Shown here: positions 1 to 10,700 of the stretch, piece after piece
Position numbering within the stretch: position 1 is the first letter of the stretch
Layout: the number at the start of each line of letters is the position of its first letter
Origin: a virus
DNA length: 64,000 nucleotides
Reading direction: 5' to 3' (one strand)
Virus record (IMG/VR): IMGVR_UViG_3300023179_000038
Span: 46,678 to 110,677 of that record
Notes under the pieces: generated by a model
What the model saw: only the letters and a program-made list of their open reading frames with translations
What the model was told of the DNA's origin: nothing
Database searches by the model: none
Program-made: the position numbers and the translations under genes

Positions 1-880
1 ATAAATATTTAGAATCATAAACATATCCACAGCCCCATCGATGTTGTAATGGTGTCTTCCAATTCCAACCAAAATCCATTGCTATTGCTTCACTATATGG
101 TTGTATTTTTTTCATATCCATAAAAAATGCTATTGCCGAATCGCAAGGAAGAGAATCTTGTGTATTTACCCACTCTGCATTGTAGTGCTTACCAATAAAC
201 ATTCTTTTAAATCCAGTTGAATCAATTAAAAAATCACACAAGATAGTCTCTCCGTTAGCAATGACATACTCTATCTCATTATTTATATTTGTTGAAAATG
301 AATCAACTACTGCATCAACTACCCTAATGCCACGCAAAACAGCATATTTGTTAAAAAACTGTACTAATTTTTTTGCATCAATATGCCAAGAATGAGCATC
401 AGGAATAACATTACCATATTCGTTTATAACTGTTTGTAAATTAATTTTATCTAAGTTTGTATCTCTATCTATTGCATATGCAATGGTTGATGCAAAATCT
501 TTCCTACTATCTATCTTAAACTGTTTATAATTATAATTTTCTAGAGTTTGTTTTGTCTTAGCCAAATGTTTAAAATATGATAGTGTCGATGTGTCTGTGT
601 AATCACAGAATGGATGAAAATATTTTTCTTTGTCTTTTCCCCAACCAACAAACATTAATCCATTTTTTACAGTTGCCCCAGTGTATTTAACAAACTCCTC
701 AATTGGCAAATCAAGTTTTTTTAATGTCTGGGCAAACACTGGAGTAGTTCCTTCTCCTGCTCCAAGAATACCAATTTTGCTGCTGTCAATAAGTGTGATA
801 TTCCATTCTGGATGTTTATGCTGAATCTGCAAAGCACTCATGTACCCTGCAGACCCACCACCGACAACAACTATTTTCAT
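1..880 (-). CDS. Flavin-dependent tryptophan halogenase-like protein (runs off window edge)
   Basis: Manual translation from ATG at 880: MKIVVVGGGSAGYMSAL...IGILGAGEGTTP...GATVKNGLMFVGW; FAD GxGxxG motif, GEGT motif and Lys in the PrnA K79-like position. Confidence 0.85.
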   Translation of the reverse strand, partial: MKIVVVGGGSAGYMSALQIQHKHPEWNITLIDSSKIGILGAGEGTTPVFAQTLKKLDLPIEEFVKYTGATVKNGLMFVGWGKDKEKYFHPFCDYTDTSTLSYFKHLAKTKQTLENYNYKQFKIDSRKDFASTIAYAIDRDTNLDKINLQTVINEYGNVIPDAHSWHIDAKKLVQFFNKYAVLRGIRVVDAVVDSFSTNINNEIEYVIANGETILCDFLIDSTGFKRMFIGKHYNAEWVNTQDSLPCDSAIAFFMDMKKIQPYSEAIAMDFGWNWKTPLQHRWGCGYVYDSKYL

Positions 881-1407
881 TATTGATTAAAACCTCTTCT
901 ATCGTACCCAAATCTATTTATCATCTCAGCGGACTCTGCCCATGTATCAGAATTTTCTTCTACTCCGTGACCTTCTACAATTCTGTTAAACATATTAAAT
1001 GCTGCACAAACAACTATTGCTTCTTTTAACTGATATTCAGAAAATCCAGAATTTAGAACTGCTTCAACATGTGTGCTATTCAGGCTTGATGGCGCAATGG
1101 TCAAAATTTTTACATAATCTAAAATACTCTTTAATTTATTTTCTTCATAGTTTCCACTGACTACATCTTCTAACTCTTTTTCGTCTGCACCAACTGAAAT
1201 TGCAAACATTTTGTGCGATCCAGTACAAAACTTACATGAGTTTAATGATGATGTAAATGCTGCAATCAACTCTCTATCTTTTGGATCTAAATGTCCAGGC
1301 TCTCTTAGTATTTCCTGTGCAAAAGAAAGTAATGGCATAAACTTGTTTGGCTGTTGCATAAATACATCTGATATGGTTTGTCCGCTTGGAACTGATTGCA
1401 ATAACAT
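880..1407 (-). CDS. Carboxymuconolactone decarboxylase/AhpD-like peroxidase-related protein
   Basis: RELIAAFTSSLNSCKFCTGSH (ExxxxxxSxxNxCxxCxxxH) motif. Confidence 0.8.
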   Translation of the reverse strand: MLLQSVPSGQTISDVFMQQPNKFMPLLSFAQEILREPGHLDPKDRELIAAFTSSLNSCKFCTGSHKMFAISVGADEKELEDVVSGNYEENKLKSILDYVKILTIAPSSLNSTHVEAVLNSGFSEYQLKEAIVVCAAFNMFNRIVEGHGVEENSDTWAESAEMINRFGYDRRGFNQ

Positions 1408-2355
1408 TTATTTTCCTATCATTAGTTGTATTGAATCTGAAAAGTTTGAACTTAGTTTAGCAATATCAGAATCGTCCATATCACCAATATCCTTGTACTT
1501 GCTATCCAGGTTTATTACAGAAACTCTTGACCCAAGTTTTTCAATAATTTTTGTCTTCATATTTCCACCTGCCTCGTCGTTGTCTGCAATAACAATTATA
1601 TCATTAAAGTATTTTTTTAATAACTCTACCTGACTATTAGATACATTTGCCCCAAGAGTTGCAACCGCTATAAATCCTACTTGATCAAGTCTTATTGCAT
1701 CAAATGACGACTCTACCACGTATACCCTATCTGCAGTCTTAACTCTATGCAGATTAAAAAGAGTTTTACTTTTTGGTAGTCCTGGCGTATTTTTAAATTG
1801 TTTTCCTTCAATAGACCTACCAACAAATCCAATTGGCATGCCGTCTGGACTATGAACTGGTATAGTAATCATATCTTGTTTTTCAGAATATCCTATAATA
1901 AACTTATTTTTAGAATAATTATTTATTTTTCTATGAGAAAGATATTCATTTGCCCTTTTAGAAGAAATCAAATTATTATTTAATTTTTTAATTATTGAAT
2001 CATCAAACTCAATAAATTCTGTTTTTGTTATTAATTTTTTATTTATATCTTTTTCAAAGTTGTTTTCTGTTTGTTTATTTTTAATAAATCTAATTGATTC
2101 AAAATATGTTTTTCCAGATACGTACATTATTAATTCAATAATGTCTACAGTGTGATGACAGGAAAAACAAAAAAATCTACCAGTATTTTTATCTACTTCT
2201 CCAGCAGGAGTTCTATTATTAGAATGAAATGGACAAAATATTATGTAATGAGAATCTACCTCAGACTCAATATTTATTCCTGAATCTGAGAGTACTCTTT
2301 CAATTTGTTCTTTTGAATAGGTATCGGTTTTGATCCATCGACTCCTAGTATCCAC
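1408..2355 (-). CDS. dnaG: DNA primase (CHC2 zinc finger + TOPRIM)
   Basis: CPFH...CFSC Zn finger; VVESSFDA and IADNDEAG TOPRIM motifs. Confidence 0.93.
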   Translation of the reverse strand: MDTRSRWIKTDTYSKEQIERVLSDSGINIESEVDSHYIIFCPFHSNNRTPAGEVDKNTGRFFCFSCHHTVDIIELIMYVSGKTYFESIRFIKNKQTENNFEKDINKKLITKTEFIEFDDSIIKKLNNNLISSKRANEYLSHRKINNYSKNKFIIGYSEKQDMITIPVHSPDGMPIGFVGRSIEGKQFKNTPGLPKSKTLFNLHRVKTADRVYVVESSFDAIRLDQVGFIAVATLGANVSNSQVELLKKYFNDIIVIADNDEAGGNMKTKIIEKLGSRVSVINLDSKYKDIGDMDDSDIAKLSSNFSDSIQLMIGK

Positions 2356-2600
2356 TCAGCGCTCTTCTTTCCTGTATATACTCCATAAACTGTTAAACAA
2401 AAATTAAATATTTGCTTTGATTCATTATATTGTACTGTAAAATCTGGTTCAATGTCAAGTCTTGGAACATATCCAAAAGCCCTCATCTCTAAAATTAAAA
2501 ATCTAATATATTCTTGTTTTAATCTACTAATTGCAGATTCATCGTAAATAGAGCCATCTAGGCTGAATGACTTTATCTTTTTGTGATGATAAGTTTTCAC
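2274..2600 (-). CDS. Hypothetical phage protein between helicase and primase
   Basis: ORF collinear with replication genes. Confidence 0.6.
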   Translation of the reverse strand: MKTYHHKKIKSFSLDGSIYDESAISRLKQEYIRFLILEMRAFGYVPRLDIEPDFTVQYNESKQIFNFCLTVYGVYTGKKSAEWILGVDGSKPIPIQKNKLKEYSQIQE

Positions 2601-2623
2601 AAAACATATTATAACTAACTATA

Positions 2624-3844
2624 TTAATTTTCATAATCTTTGTATCTATAGTATCCTTTGTCAAAATCTACCTGCACTAAAAAGTCTCCCATAAAGCCGT
2701 TCCTGTTTTTTCTGAATACACACTCAATAATATCACTATTGGTTGCACGACCCAAAGCCATAACCCAGTCAGCATCATATGCAATCTGTCTGGACCAAGC
2801 AGTTTGTCCAAGTGTTGGGGCAGTGCTTAGATCTTTTACATCATCAGGAGTTGCAGAAGAAATTGCAATTATAGGAACCTCTTCACTAATAGCCATCAGT
2901 TTAAGTTCTCTTGAAAGATTTTTCATTCTTACAGTTTCATTATCTGATTTTTGATTTGGAGCCATAAGTTGTAAATAATCAACAATCACAAAATCTGGTT
3001 TGTATTGATTTATTTTTCCACGAATAACTGATGGACTTACTTCTCCACCACTATCATTTGAAATTATATGAAATTCTGGCTTTCCTGATAATTTATTTTT
3101 ATGCCAATTTTTTAGCATGTCTAATTCTATTTCGCCATTACTTAATTTTCTATGAGACCAAAGCCCCTCACCCATAATTGCAAATACACGATTACGAACT
3201 TCAGTTTCAGACATTTCAAGACTTATCACCATTGGGGTTTTACCCTGCTTCCAGGCTTGTACAGCAAAGTAAAGAGCCAGCCAAGATTTTCCAATACCTG
3301 GATATGCTAAAAACACTCCAAGTTGTCCTGCAGTTATTCCAGATGGGAGATAGTTGTCAAATCCTGGTAATCCAGTTTTAATACCAAATTGACCATTCAT
3401 CTTTTGTTGTTTAATATTTTCAAAATATGCTATAGCAGATTCTAGATCTGTGGCATCAATATCACGAATTGCAGAAACATTTTTCTTTAATTCAGATGTC
3501 TTTGTAATTAATGAAGTTAATGCGTTAGCACTATTTCCTAACTGAACTTCACTTGCTGCAGATCGCAAAATATTCTTTAAACTATCATTTAAATATTCTG
3601 ATTGTAATTCTTGAAGGTGATGCTTTGTTGCCCCAACTTCATCTATTAAGATAAAGTCTTTAAATTTTTCTGAAACTAAGGATGGTGGAGGAACAGATCC
3701 GTTATTATTAAAATATAAATTGATAAAATTCCATATATCGTTATGAGTGTGAAGCATGCTCTCTATATTAGATTGCAACAAAACGCCAATTTGTTTATCT
3801 TTTAATACCGCCGAAATTAATCTTGCCTCTACGTTATTCATCAA
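2624..3844 (-). CDS. dnaB: DnaB-like replicative helicase
   Basis: Walker A AYPGIGKS, SLEMS, IVDYLQLM, QIAYDADW, KNRNG motifs. Confidence 0.95.
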   Translation of the reverse strand: MMNNVEARLISAVLKDKQIGVLLQSNIESMLHTHNDIWNFINLYFNNNGSVPPPSLVSEKFKDFILIDEVGATKHHLQELQSEYLNDSLKNILRSAASEVQLGNSANALTSLITKTSELKKNVSAIRDIDATDLESAIAYFENIKQQKMNGQFGIKTGLPGFDNYLPSGITAGQLGVFLAYPGIGKSWLALYFAVQAWKQGKTPMVISLEMSETEVRNRVFAIMGEGLWSHRKLSNGEIELDMLKNWHKNKLSGKPEFHIISNDSGGEVSPSVIRGKINQYKPDFVIVDYLQLMAPNQKSDNETVRMKNLSRELKLMAISEEVPIIAISSATPDDVKDLSTAPTLGQTAWSRQIAYDADWVMALGRATNSDIIECVFRKNRNGFMGDFLVQVDFDKGYYRYKDYEN

Positions 3845-4142
3845 TCCACTTCTTTGCTAGTTTTCTACGTTGTAGTCTTTCTTCAATATCCTGCTCTACT
3901 TCTATTTTTGCCTGAAATATTCTCTCTGTATTGTATGAAAAGTAATTCCAAGATGGGTTGCTAGAAACAGAAAAATAATAATCAAGTAAGTCATAACAAG
4001 TTTCCAATCCATAAGATTCAATTATAGCATCTGAAGACCACTGCTCTGCATTAATATTAAATAAATTTTTAGTATTATATCTTTGAAAATGAAGTTTATT
4101 ATAACGACTAAGCAAAGACATTCTATCCTTGCGGGTAGCCAT
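3834..4142 (-). CDS. Hypothetical protein (replication module)
   Basis: ORF overlapping helicase start. Confidence 0.6.
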   Translation of the reverse strand: MATRKDRMSLLSRYNKLHFQRYNTKNLFNINAEQWSSDAIIESYGLETCYDLLDYYFSVSSNPSWNYFSYNTERIFQAKIEVEQDIEERLQRRKLAKKWIDE

Positions 4143-4399
4143 TATTTTTCTTCTATCTCATACTTTGCTTCTTGAATTTTAGTTGTTAACTTATCTTCAA
4201 CAAACTTATAAACTCGTTCAAAAGCCTGATCAATGTTTTCTCCATTACGTCTAGAGTCAACAATCCCTAAATCAATTCTTAATGATTGAAAGTTTCCTAA
4301 ATTAAGCGTATATCCCAATGTTATATTAATTTTTGTATTTTCATTTTCTGTCATTTTATCCTCCACTAATAGAATATCATTATTCATGATATATGTCAA
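4142..4399 (-). CDS. Hypothetical phage protein
   Basis: ORF with LGYTLNLGNFQSLRIDLG; probable start at internal MTENE after GGAGG. Confidence 0.6.
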   Translation of the reverse strand: MTYIMNNDILLVEDKMTENENTKINITLGYTLNLGNFQSLRIDLGIVDSRRNGENIDQAFERVYKFVEDKLTTKIQEAKYEIEEK

Positions 4400-4411
4400 A
4401 CATTTTTATAA

Positions 4412-4954
4412 TTATAAACTTTCTGCCCAAATTGGTATAAACCTTCCATCTTCCGTTTTTGTATATGTAATCATACCATCCCCCATTCTTCTTGTCAACT
4501 CAGCCCTACTTGGAGTTATATCGTTAGTAATTAATTTATCGGCTCTTGGACGACCAATATGATACGTTGCTAAGATATCTCTAATTTCAAATACTTGTGA
4601 TTCAGAATAATACGACCTAACCTGCCAGCCAGTTTTTCCCCCAACCTGAGAGCCAGTTGGAAATGGAATTATTCTTCGTTTCATAAGGGATGGCATATAC
4701 TTTTTGTGTCGATTTATCAAATCAGCAGTTTGTCCCACAGTGTATGCTCTTTCTCTATTTCTTTTAAAATCTGAAATAAGACAACTTTCAATTCTATCCT
4801 TATTAATATTATAAAGAGAAATAATATTATTTGATCTATTTATATGATGTATCCTAACCAAATCTTTATTTAAAAACCAAACTTTTTTATTTCCAGGAAT
4901 TACAGGTAGGACATTGTAATCTTCGCTCGAAACTTTTCCTTTTCTAGTAGCCAT
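4412..4954 (-). CDS. Putative helix-turn-helix (MerR-like) DNA-binding protein
   Basis: AYTVGQTADLINRH...RSYYSESQVFEI pattern. Confidence 0.55.
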   Translation of the reverse strand: MATRKGKVSSEDYNVLPVIPGNKKVWFLNKDLVRIHHINRSNNIISLYNINKDRIESCLISDFKRNRERAYTVGQTADLINRHKKYMPSLMKRRIIPFPTGSQVGGKTGWQVRSYYSESQVFEIRDILATYHIGRPRADKLITNDITPSRAELTRRMGDGMITYTKTEDGRFIPIWAESL

Positions 4955-5091
4955 TGTCCTTCTGTCGATTCGTTAGGTGGATGAAAAAATCTTCTAGATC
5001 CACAATATAAACAGTAAATTTCAATATGCTCTACTGTAGTGTATTGCCGATCTATAAACATTTTTTTTTTACATTTTTTACATAAAATCAT
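4900..5091 (-). CDS. Small zinc-ribbon protein
   Basis: CKKC...CLYCG. Confidence 0.6.
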   Translation of the reverse strand: MILCKKCKKKMFIDRQYTTVEHIEIYCLYCGSRRFFHPPNESTEGQWLLEKEKFRAKITMSYL

Positions 5092-5534
5092 TAGTTTGGT
5101 ACACCAACAACTATTAAATTTACAGCAACAGAAACATCTCCAGTATTGTTAAATCTAATTACACCCTCTACCTTTGAAGTTGTTATTGATTTTAAAACAA
5201 CTGTAACATCTTTACCAGCATCAGTACCGCCAACGTTTATTGGTGTAGCAGTTACTACTGGCGTATACTTAAAATCTGTCGGAAAGTCATAAGTAAATGG
5301 AGATTCTTGTCCTTTTGTTCTTGTTGAACTAATTACAACATCTATATATCCGCCAATAATTCTAGCCTCTGAAGCCTTAAGATTTTGACGTCCAATTCCT
5401 GGAGCATCAACAGAAACATACTTATTATTTGAAAAAGATGTTTGAGACGATATATCGTTAATTGCATTTGCAAGTTCGTAGATGTATGATACATCCAGTG
5501 GCTGGCCTCTTTCTGGTAACGGTATTTTTGCCAT
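5091..5534 (-). CDS. Tail tip/minor tail protein
   Basis: Position at end of tail operon; FPTDFKYTPVVTAT beta-rich fibre-like segment. Confidence 0.55.
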   Translation of the reverse strand: MAKIPLPERGQPLDVSYIYELANAINDISSQTSFSNNKYVSVDAPGIGRQNLKASEARIIGGYIDVVISSTRTKGQESPFTYDFPTDFKYTPVVTATPINVGGTDAGKDVTVVLKSITTSKVEGVIRFNNTGDVSVAVNLIVVGVPN

Positions 5535-5552
5535 GATTAATCTATTATACCA

Positions 5553-5987
5553 CTAAACATTTACTTGATTTGATTCAAATAATGTAGCCCCTGAAAATCT
5601 TTCCTTGGGAAAGGTTGGTACTTGTACGGCAATTCTAAAATGATTTGCCCCCTCTTTAATAATTGTTGAATAACTAGTAGTAAACACGGTAGAAACAAAT
5701 TCCCAAGGATCACTATTCCATTTAAGATAAATATCAAATTCAGACCTTATGTTATTTGATGGATTCCAAACAACATTAATCATGTCATGAGATTGTTCAA
5801 CAGCAACACGATAATCTATCGTATCTGGGCTTGATGCTGCAATTTTATAGTTTGGTGACCAATGAGAAGTTCTGTTTTTATCTTCTGTAATAACTCTATA
5901 TTTGACAATATATTCTTGATCTGTTCCATAAAATTCTGGAAGGTCTTTTTTAACTATGACTATCTTTTTAATATTTGAATCTGACAT
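5553..5987 (-). CDS. Putative minor tail protein
   Basis: Synteny; beta-rich Fn3-like character. Confidence 0.5.
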   Translation of the reverse strand: MSDSNIKKIVIVKKDLPEFYGTDQEYIVKYRVITEDKNRTSHWSPNYKIAASSPDTIDYRVAVEQSHDMINVVWNPSNNIRSEFDIYLKWNSDPWEFVSTVFTTSYSTIIKEGANHFRIAVQVPTFPKERFSGATLFESNQVNV

Positions 5988-7126
5988 TATTGAACATCCA
6001 AAGCAAACCTAAACTCAATATAGTTTGTTGTGTTTGCAGATTTAATAATAGTTTCGGCATTGTTATTTTTAATAACGGAATACCCAGTTAAACCATATAA
6101 AGGATTATTTGTGCTATTATTTTCTAATCTAATAGCATCTAAACATACATAAAAATTATCTGTTGGAGAACCATTATCAGTTATACAAGCATAAATCTTT
6201 ACAACATCAACGCTGCTCCAAGTAAATCCAGTGCTTTTATAAAGTTCTTGTAACTGTTTTGTTGCAACAACATATCTACTATTTGAAAAATTGTGTTGAT
6301 TTGTATCTGTTCCATTATTAAGATTAACTTCAAACCTTGCCCATTGCCCATTAGGATCATTATGAATATCAGATGATGCAAATTCTAGCATAATTCTTAC
6401 ATTGTCTGGAACCGCAGTTGAACTTCCATTTTTATTTATTACTGTAAAAGAAAGCCTGATGTCATCTGTTGGAGAATTTCTATTAAAATCTAATATCGCT
6501 CCAGTTAAATGAATGTGTTCAGAATTTTGACCAACAACAATATGGTTATTAGAGTCAATTGTTAACTCAGAAGAATCTCCACTCATTACTATTGTGTTAT
6601 TAAAAAAACGACATCTTTCATATCTTTGAATTCTTTCTGTATTTGTAAAAATTCTATTATCTGAGTTTGTTTGAAATACACTGTATGGTTGATTAATAAT
6701 ATTATTGTTGTCTGATCCATCTAGCGGAGAGTAAACAATTGGAATTTCTGTTGCAGCAGTATTTGTGTGATGTTCCCAATTTTCATCTTGTGTAAATGCA
6801 TAAATAGATTTACTATCATATGCGCCAGCCTGAGAGTTTGCGCCTGCTGAAAAAACTCCGACTTCACTAATTTCATATCTTTCTTCGCTTGGTAGTTCTG
6901 CCGTTAAAACAATTTTTGATATACCATCTTCTGTTACATATCCACGAGACGTAATTGGGACACGAAACATTTCAAAATCTAACCTATCTTTGCCTGAATA
7001 GTCTCCCAGGATAGCATCAGACGTTAGTGGCTTTGCTCCACAACCAACTGCAATATAAGAGGCATATGCTGGTGCTTGACCAATCAAGTATTTTGCTAAA
7101 ATATTTTTACCAGTATTAGTTATCAT
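5987..7126 (-). CDS. Putative baseplate/minor tail protein
   Basis: MITNTGKNILAKYL...ISEVGVFS N-terminus typical of tail-fibre anchor domains. Confidence 0.6.
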   Translation of the reverse strand: MITNTGKNILAKYLIGQAPAYASYIAVGCGAKPLTSDAILGDYSGKDRLDFEMFRVPITSRGYVTEDGISKIVLTAELPSEERYEISEVGVFSAGANSQAGAYDSKSIYAFTQDENWEHHTNTAATEIPIVYSPLDGSDNNNIINQPYSVFQTNSDNRIFTNTERIQRYERCRFFNNTIVMSGDSSELTIDSNNHIVVGQNSEHIHLTGAILDFNRNSPTDDIRLSFTVINKNGSSTAVPDNVRIMLEFASSDIHNDPNGQWARFEVNLNNGTDTNQHNFSNSRYVVATKQLQELYKSTGFTWSSVDVVKIYACITDNGSPTDNFYVCLDAIRLENNSTNNPLYGLTGYSVIKNNNAETIIKSANTTNYIEFRFALDVQ

Positions 7127-7128
7127 TA

Positions 7129-7728
7129 TTATTCCACCTCATATATTGTACCATTATAAATTTTTCCACCTACTAAGATTTGAACCTCTATCTGCTCATC
7201 CCCTTGTAAATTTATTATATCAATAATAAGATTTCCTGTAGCCTCATCTATATACACTGTCTTACAATTTGGTCCAGTTCCGCAATTAGGTATTTTTTCT
7301 GATAGTTTTATTGGAAATTTATTAAAATATTCTTCTGATGTATTTTGAAGAGATAAAACATTTTGTGGATTATATTTAAAATATATGCTGCTAAGATTTT
7401 TAATTGGTTGATATATAACATTTTGTCCATTAATAATATCTGTTCTAGCAATATTTATTAATTCTTGACCACCAATATTTTCAAATATTAGGTCTGTCAT
7501 TAATTCAACTGGAACATCTTCTTCTGATATTATTATATCTGGTCTTGCTGTTTTTATACTTTGAGATTGTGCTGAATAATTTGTAGTTTGTCCTTGCATT
7601 CCAGAAGCAGCAAGAAGAGTTGGAGATATTGCTTGAACATTAGAATTAGCAGAGGTTGTACTAATTGATGCTGATTGATTAAATATTACATCTGGCGTTG
7701 TTGGATAATCAGAATAATTAAATACCAT
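7129..7728 (-). CDS. Putative minor tail protein
   Basis: Synteny. Confidence 0.5.
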   Translation of the reverse strand: MVFNYSDYPTTPDVIFNQSASISTTSANSNVQAISPTLLAASGMQGQTTNYSAQSQSIKTARPDIIISEEDVPVELMTDLIFENIGGQELINIARTDIINGQNVIYQPIKNLSSIYFKYNPQNVLSLQNTSEEYFNKFPIKLSEKIPNCGTGPNCKTVYIDEATGNLIIDIINLQGDEQIEVQILVGGKIYNGTIYEVE

Positions 7729-7729
7729 C

Positions 7730-10700
7730 TTACACTACCTCACTTAAATATACTCTTGTTTCTGGTCCATTTGTATTTCTAATATATTCAATATTATACA
7801 CTACAAATCTTGAGTCTTTAGCAGATATCTCGTTAGTTTCACTTGAATCTTTATAGTCTATCTCAACTATATCTCCTAATTGTAAGTGTGGCGTTCCAAA
7901 AGTTTGAACCCCAACAGACTTTCTTGGTTTCATAATTTTTGAAATTACCCAAGACATTACTTCCTGTGCATCATCTTGTGTTTGAATATATGGAGCATCT
8001 ATATAAAAATCTTTTTTACCATAAGTCATTCTGCTTGCCTTTATGTCGTCATATTGCTTATTAAATATTAATGGTGATTTTATTAATAAATTATTATTAA
8101 ACTTTGGATTAGAAAAATCGCTATTTTGAGAAAAATATTCATCTACGCTATAATTATGTTCTGATTCTTGAGTAAATGTTACTCCCTGTATTCTTAAATA
8201 ATTTCCACTTGTTGAATCAAGATTAAGAGATGTATCAGTTGAATTAAAAATTAAAAATTCTGCACCATAAGATCCAGCCCTAAATCCAGAAATTGCATAT
8301 CCTTTTAATTTGTTAAATGTTGGAGATATTATTGCATATAGCGCTGGATATGCTTTATCATATCTAATATTAAAATATGCTGCTTCTCTCATAATAGTTC
8401 CAAATTCCTCAAAATAAATATTGTATTTTGGAGTATTGTTTGGATCTATTCCAGATAAATATGTGGACTGCACAATACCACTCATAGAATATTTTCTAAA
8501 AGATTCATTTGCATCAATCTCAGAATCATTGATTGCAGTCATTACTGGAGTATCTAGCGCAAAAACTGTATTTTGACTATAATTGTTTGTTAAAGCATAA
8601 ATATTTTCAAACATACATCTTGCAGATCCACGAACAAAAAGAGCCATATTGTTGTAAATTGGTAGTGGATCTTTATCATCAACTATAGCAATGATCTTAT
8701 TGTTAATATATAAATAAAATCTTCTAATTGTTCCAATATTTTGATATTCTACTGCCAAGTCATATACTGTTGGATTTTCTTCTCCAACCATCCTATACTG
8801 ACCAGTAAAATTACCATCATCCACAATAATGTTTGATAATCCACCCCACAACTTTATTGGAATTGCATCTCCTTGTTTAATGGTAGTTCCCGATACATCA
8901 GAAGCACTTCTCTTTATTTTATAAAAAATAACGTTATGTAAATTTTCTGCAGAAGTATTATAGTTATTAATGTTATTTTCTGTTAATGCTAAAATTTCAA
9001 AATAATATCCTACGTTTGTTGATGGATTTATCATGACGGCCATTCCTCCAGAACCACCGCTAATATTAATATTTTGATCTGGAGTATTTCCAGTAACAAC
9101 GAAATATGTTGTAGAACCAATAGGAGTTTGACCTCTATTTTCGTTGTTTTCAATTTTTCCAACAATTCTCATTCTGGTACCAAAGTGTTTAAATCTATCA
9201 TCTAATGGCTTATTGACATATGAAATAAAATCAATTCCATTTTGAGTTGTAGTAAATGATGGTCCACTAATAACTAATGCAGATGATTGAATAGTTCCAG
9301 ACTGTGTAGATAGTATAGAATTAGATGTAACTTCGTCCTTATATGAAAGTGTTAAAAAGTTTTTAATTGTTCCAGACCTTATTGACTGCTTTGCCAATTC
9401 ATTGCTTACTCCCGCTGCTAAGTTATCAACTGGCATACTTAAAGATTGAGACTGTAAATCTTCTGTTGAAGATAGTGAAAATAATAAATCAGATTTCATG
9501 CTGCAGCCACGAACATTTAAATTATTAGACCAATATTGATTTATACCTGCATTATGAAAAGTAATACTTGTTCCAAATTGTGCACGACCATGTTTTTCAA
9601 CATCGCCATTTTTTAATCTTGTTATTTCATTGATATTTTCATAAAAAGGTTTAGCATAGATTCTTATAAGACCCGTTGGATATATTTTCCCATTATGTCG
9701 TAACTTAGAAAAATAATTTTGATAATCTTGTGTGCTTGTTATCCATACATTGCCATAATCAGTAATGCTGTACTCAACAGCATCATATTTAATTACTTCT
9801 CCATTAGCATAAAAATATCCGTTATACCTTGTAATCCAGTAAACACCTTCTCCTAAATCCATAGTATTATTTATTATTTTATGGTTTGACACAGATGGAA
9901 CTAAATTGTTAAGATCAGAATTTAGGGGTATTGCACTTAAAATATAATCTGATTGCCTGCCACTACTATCATTTATGGATTTTGTATTTTCTGTACCTTC
10001 AACTTCCCAAAGTAATGATGGCTTATATATCCAAGTTTTTTCTTTATCAATTAAACTTGCCTGTCTTATTGAGCCATAAGTTTTTTGAATATACTTTGTT
10101 TTATATTTAATTAATCCATCATTAAAAACTTCTGTATTTTGTGAAGCAATACCAACAATATTTGAAATATTACTTGAAATAGTTTTATTTTTAACAACAC
10201 CGTCTTTTTCAATATCTTTTGATCCATAAAAAACAATATCTGTATTTCTTTGATCTGTTGTTGGCATTATATAGTTTTTGCTCATACACACAAAATTATT
10301 GTATTCATCAAAAAACATAGCAGTTTGAGTTGATCTTGCTAAATCATTTAATATTTCTGCAACTGTTTTATCGGGTGGAATAAAGAAAAATGGAATAATA
10401 CTTTCTTTTTCAAAATTTATTCTTTTAAAAATATAATTAGAAAAACCTATTGAATCTAATAACATAGATATTGCACTACTAACAGAAACGTTTGTTAATA
10501 AAATTTGTGGTGCAATTAATGACTCTAAGTAAAAAAACATATCTCGTAATTGAATAGATACTGTTCGTGATCTATTATCTGTTGCTGGAAACCCTTCAGT
10601 ATACATAGTTTTGATAGGGATAAAATAACTAGATTGTTCCTCATCTGTAATGATTTCATAAAACTTTATTTGAATATTTTTTGTAATAAAATCTTTTATT

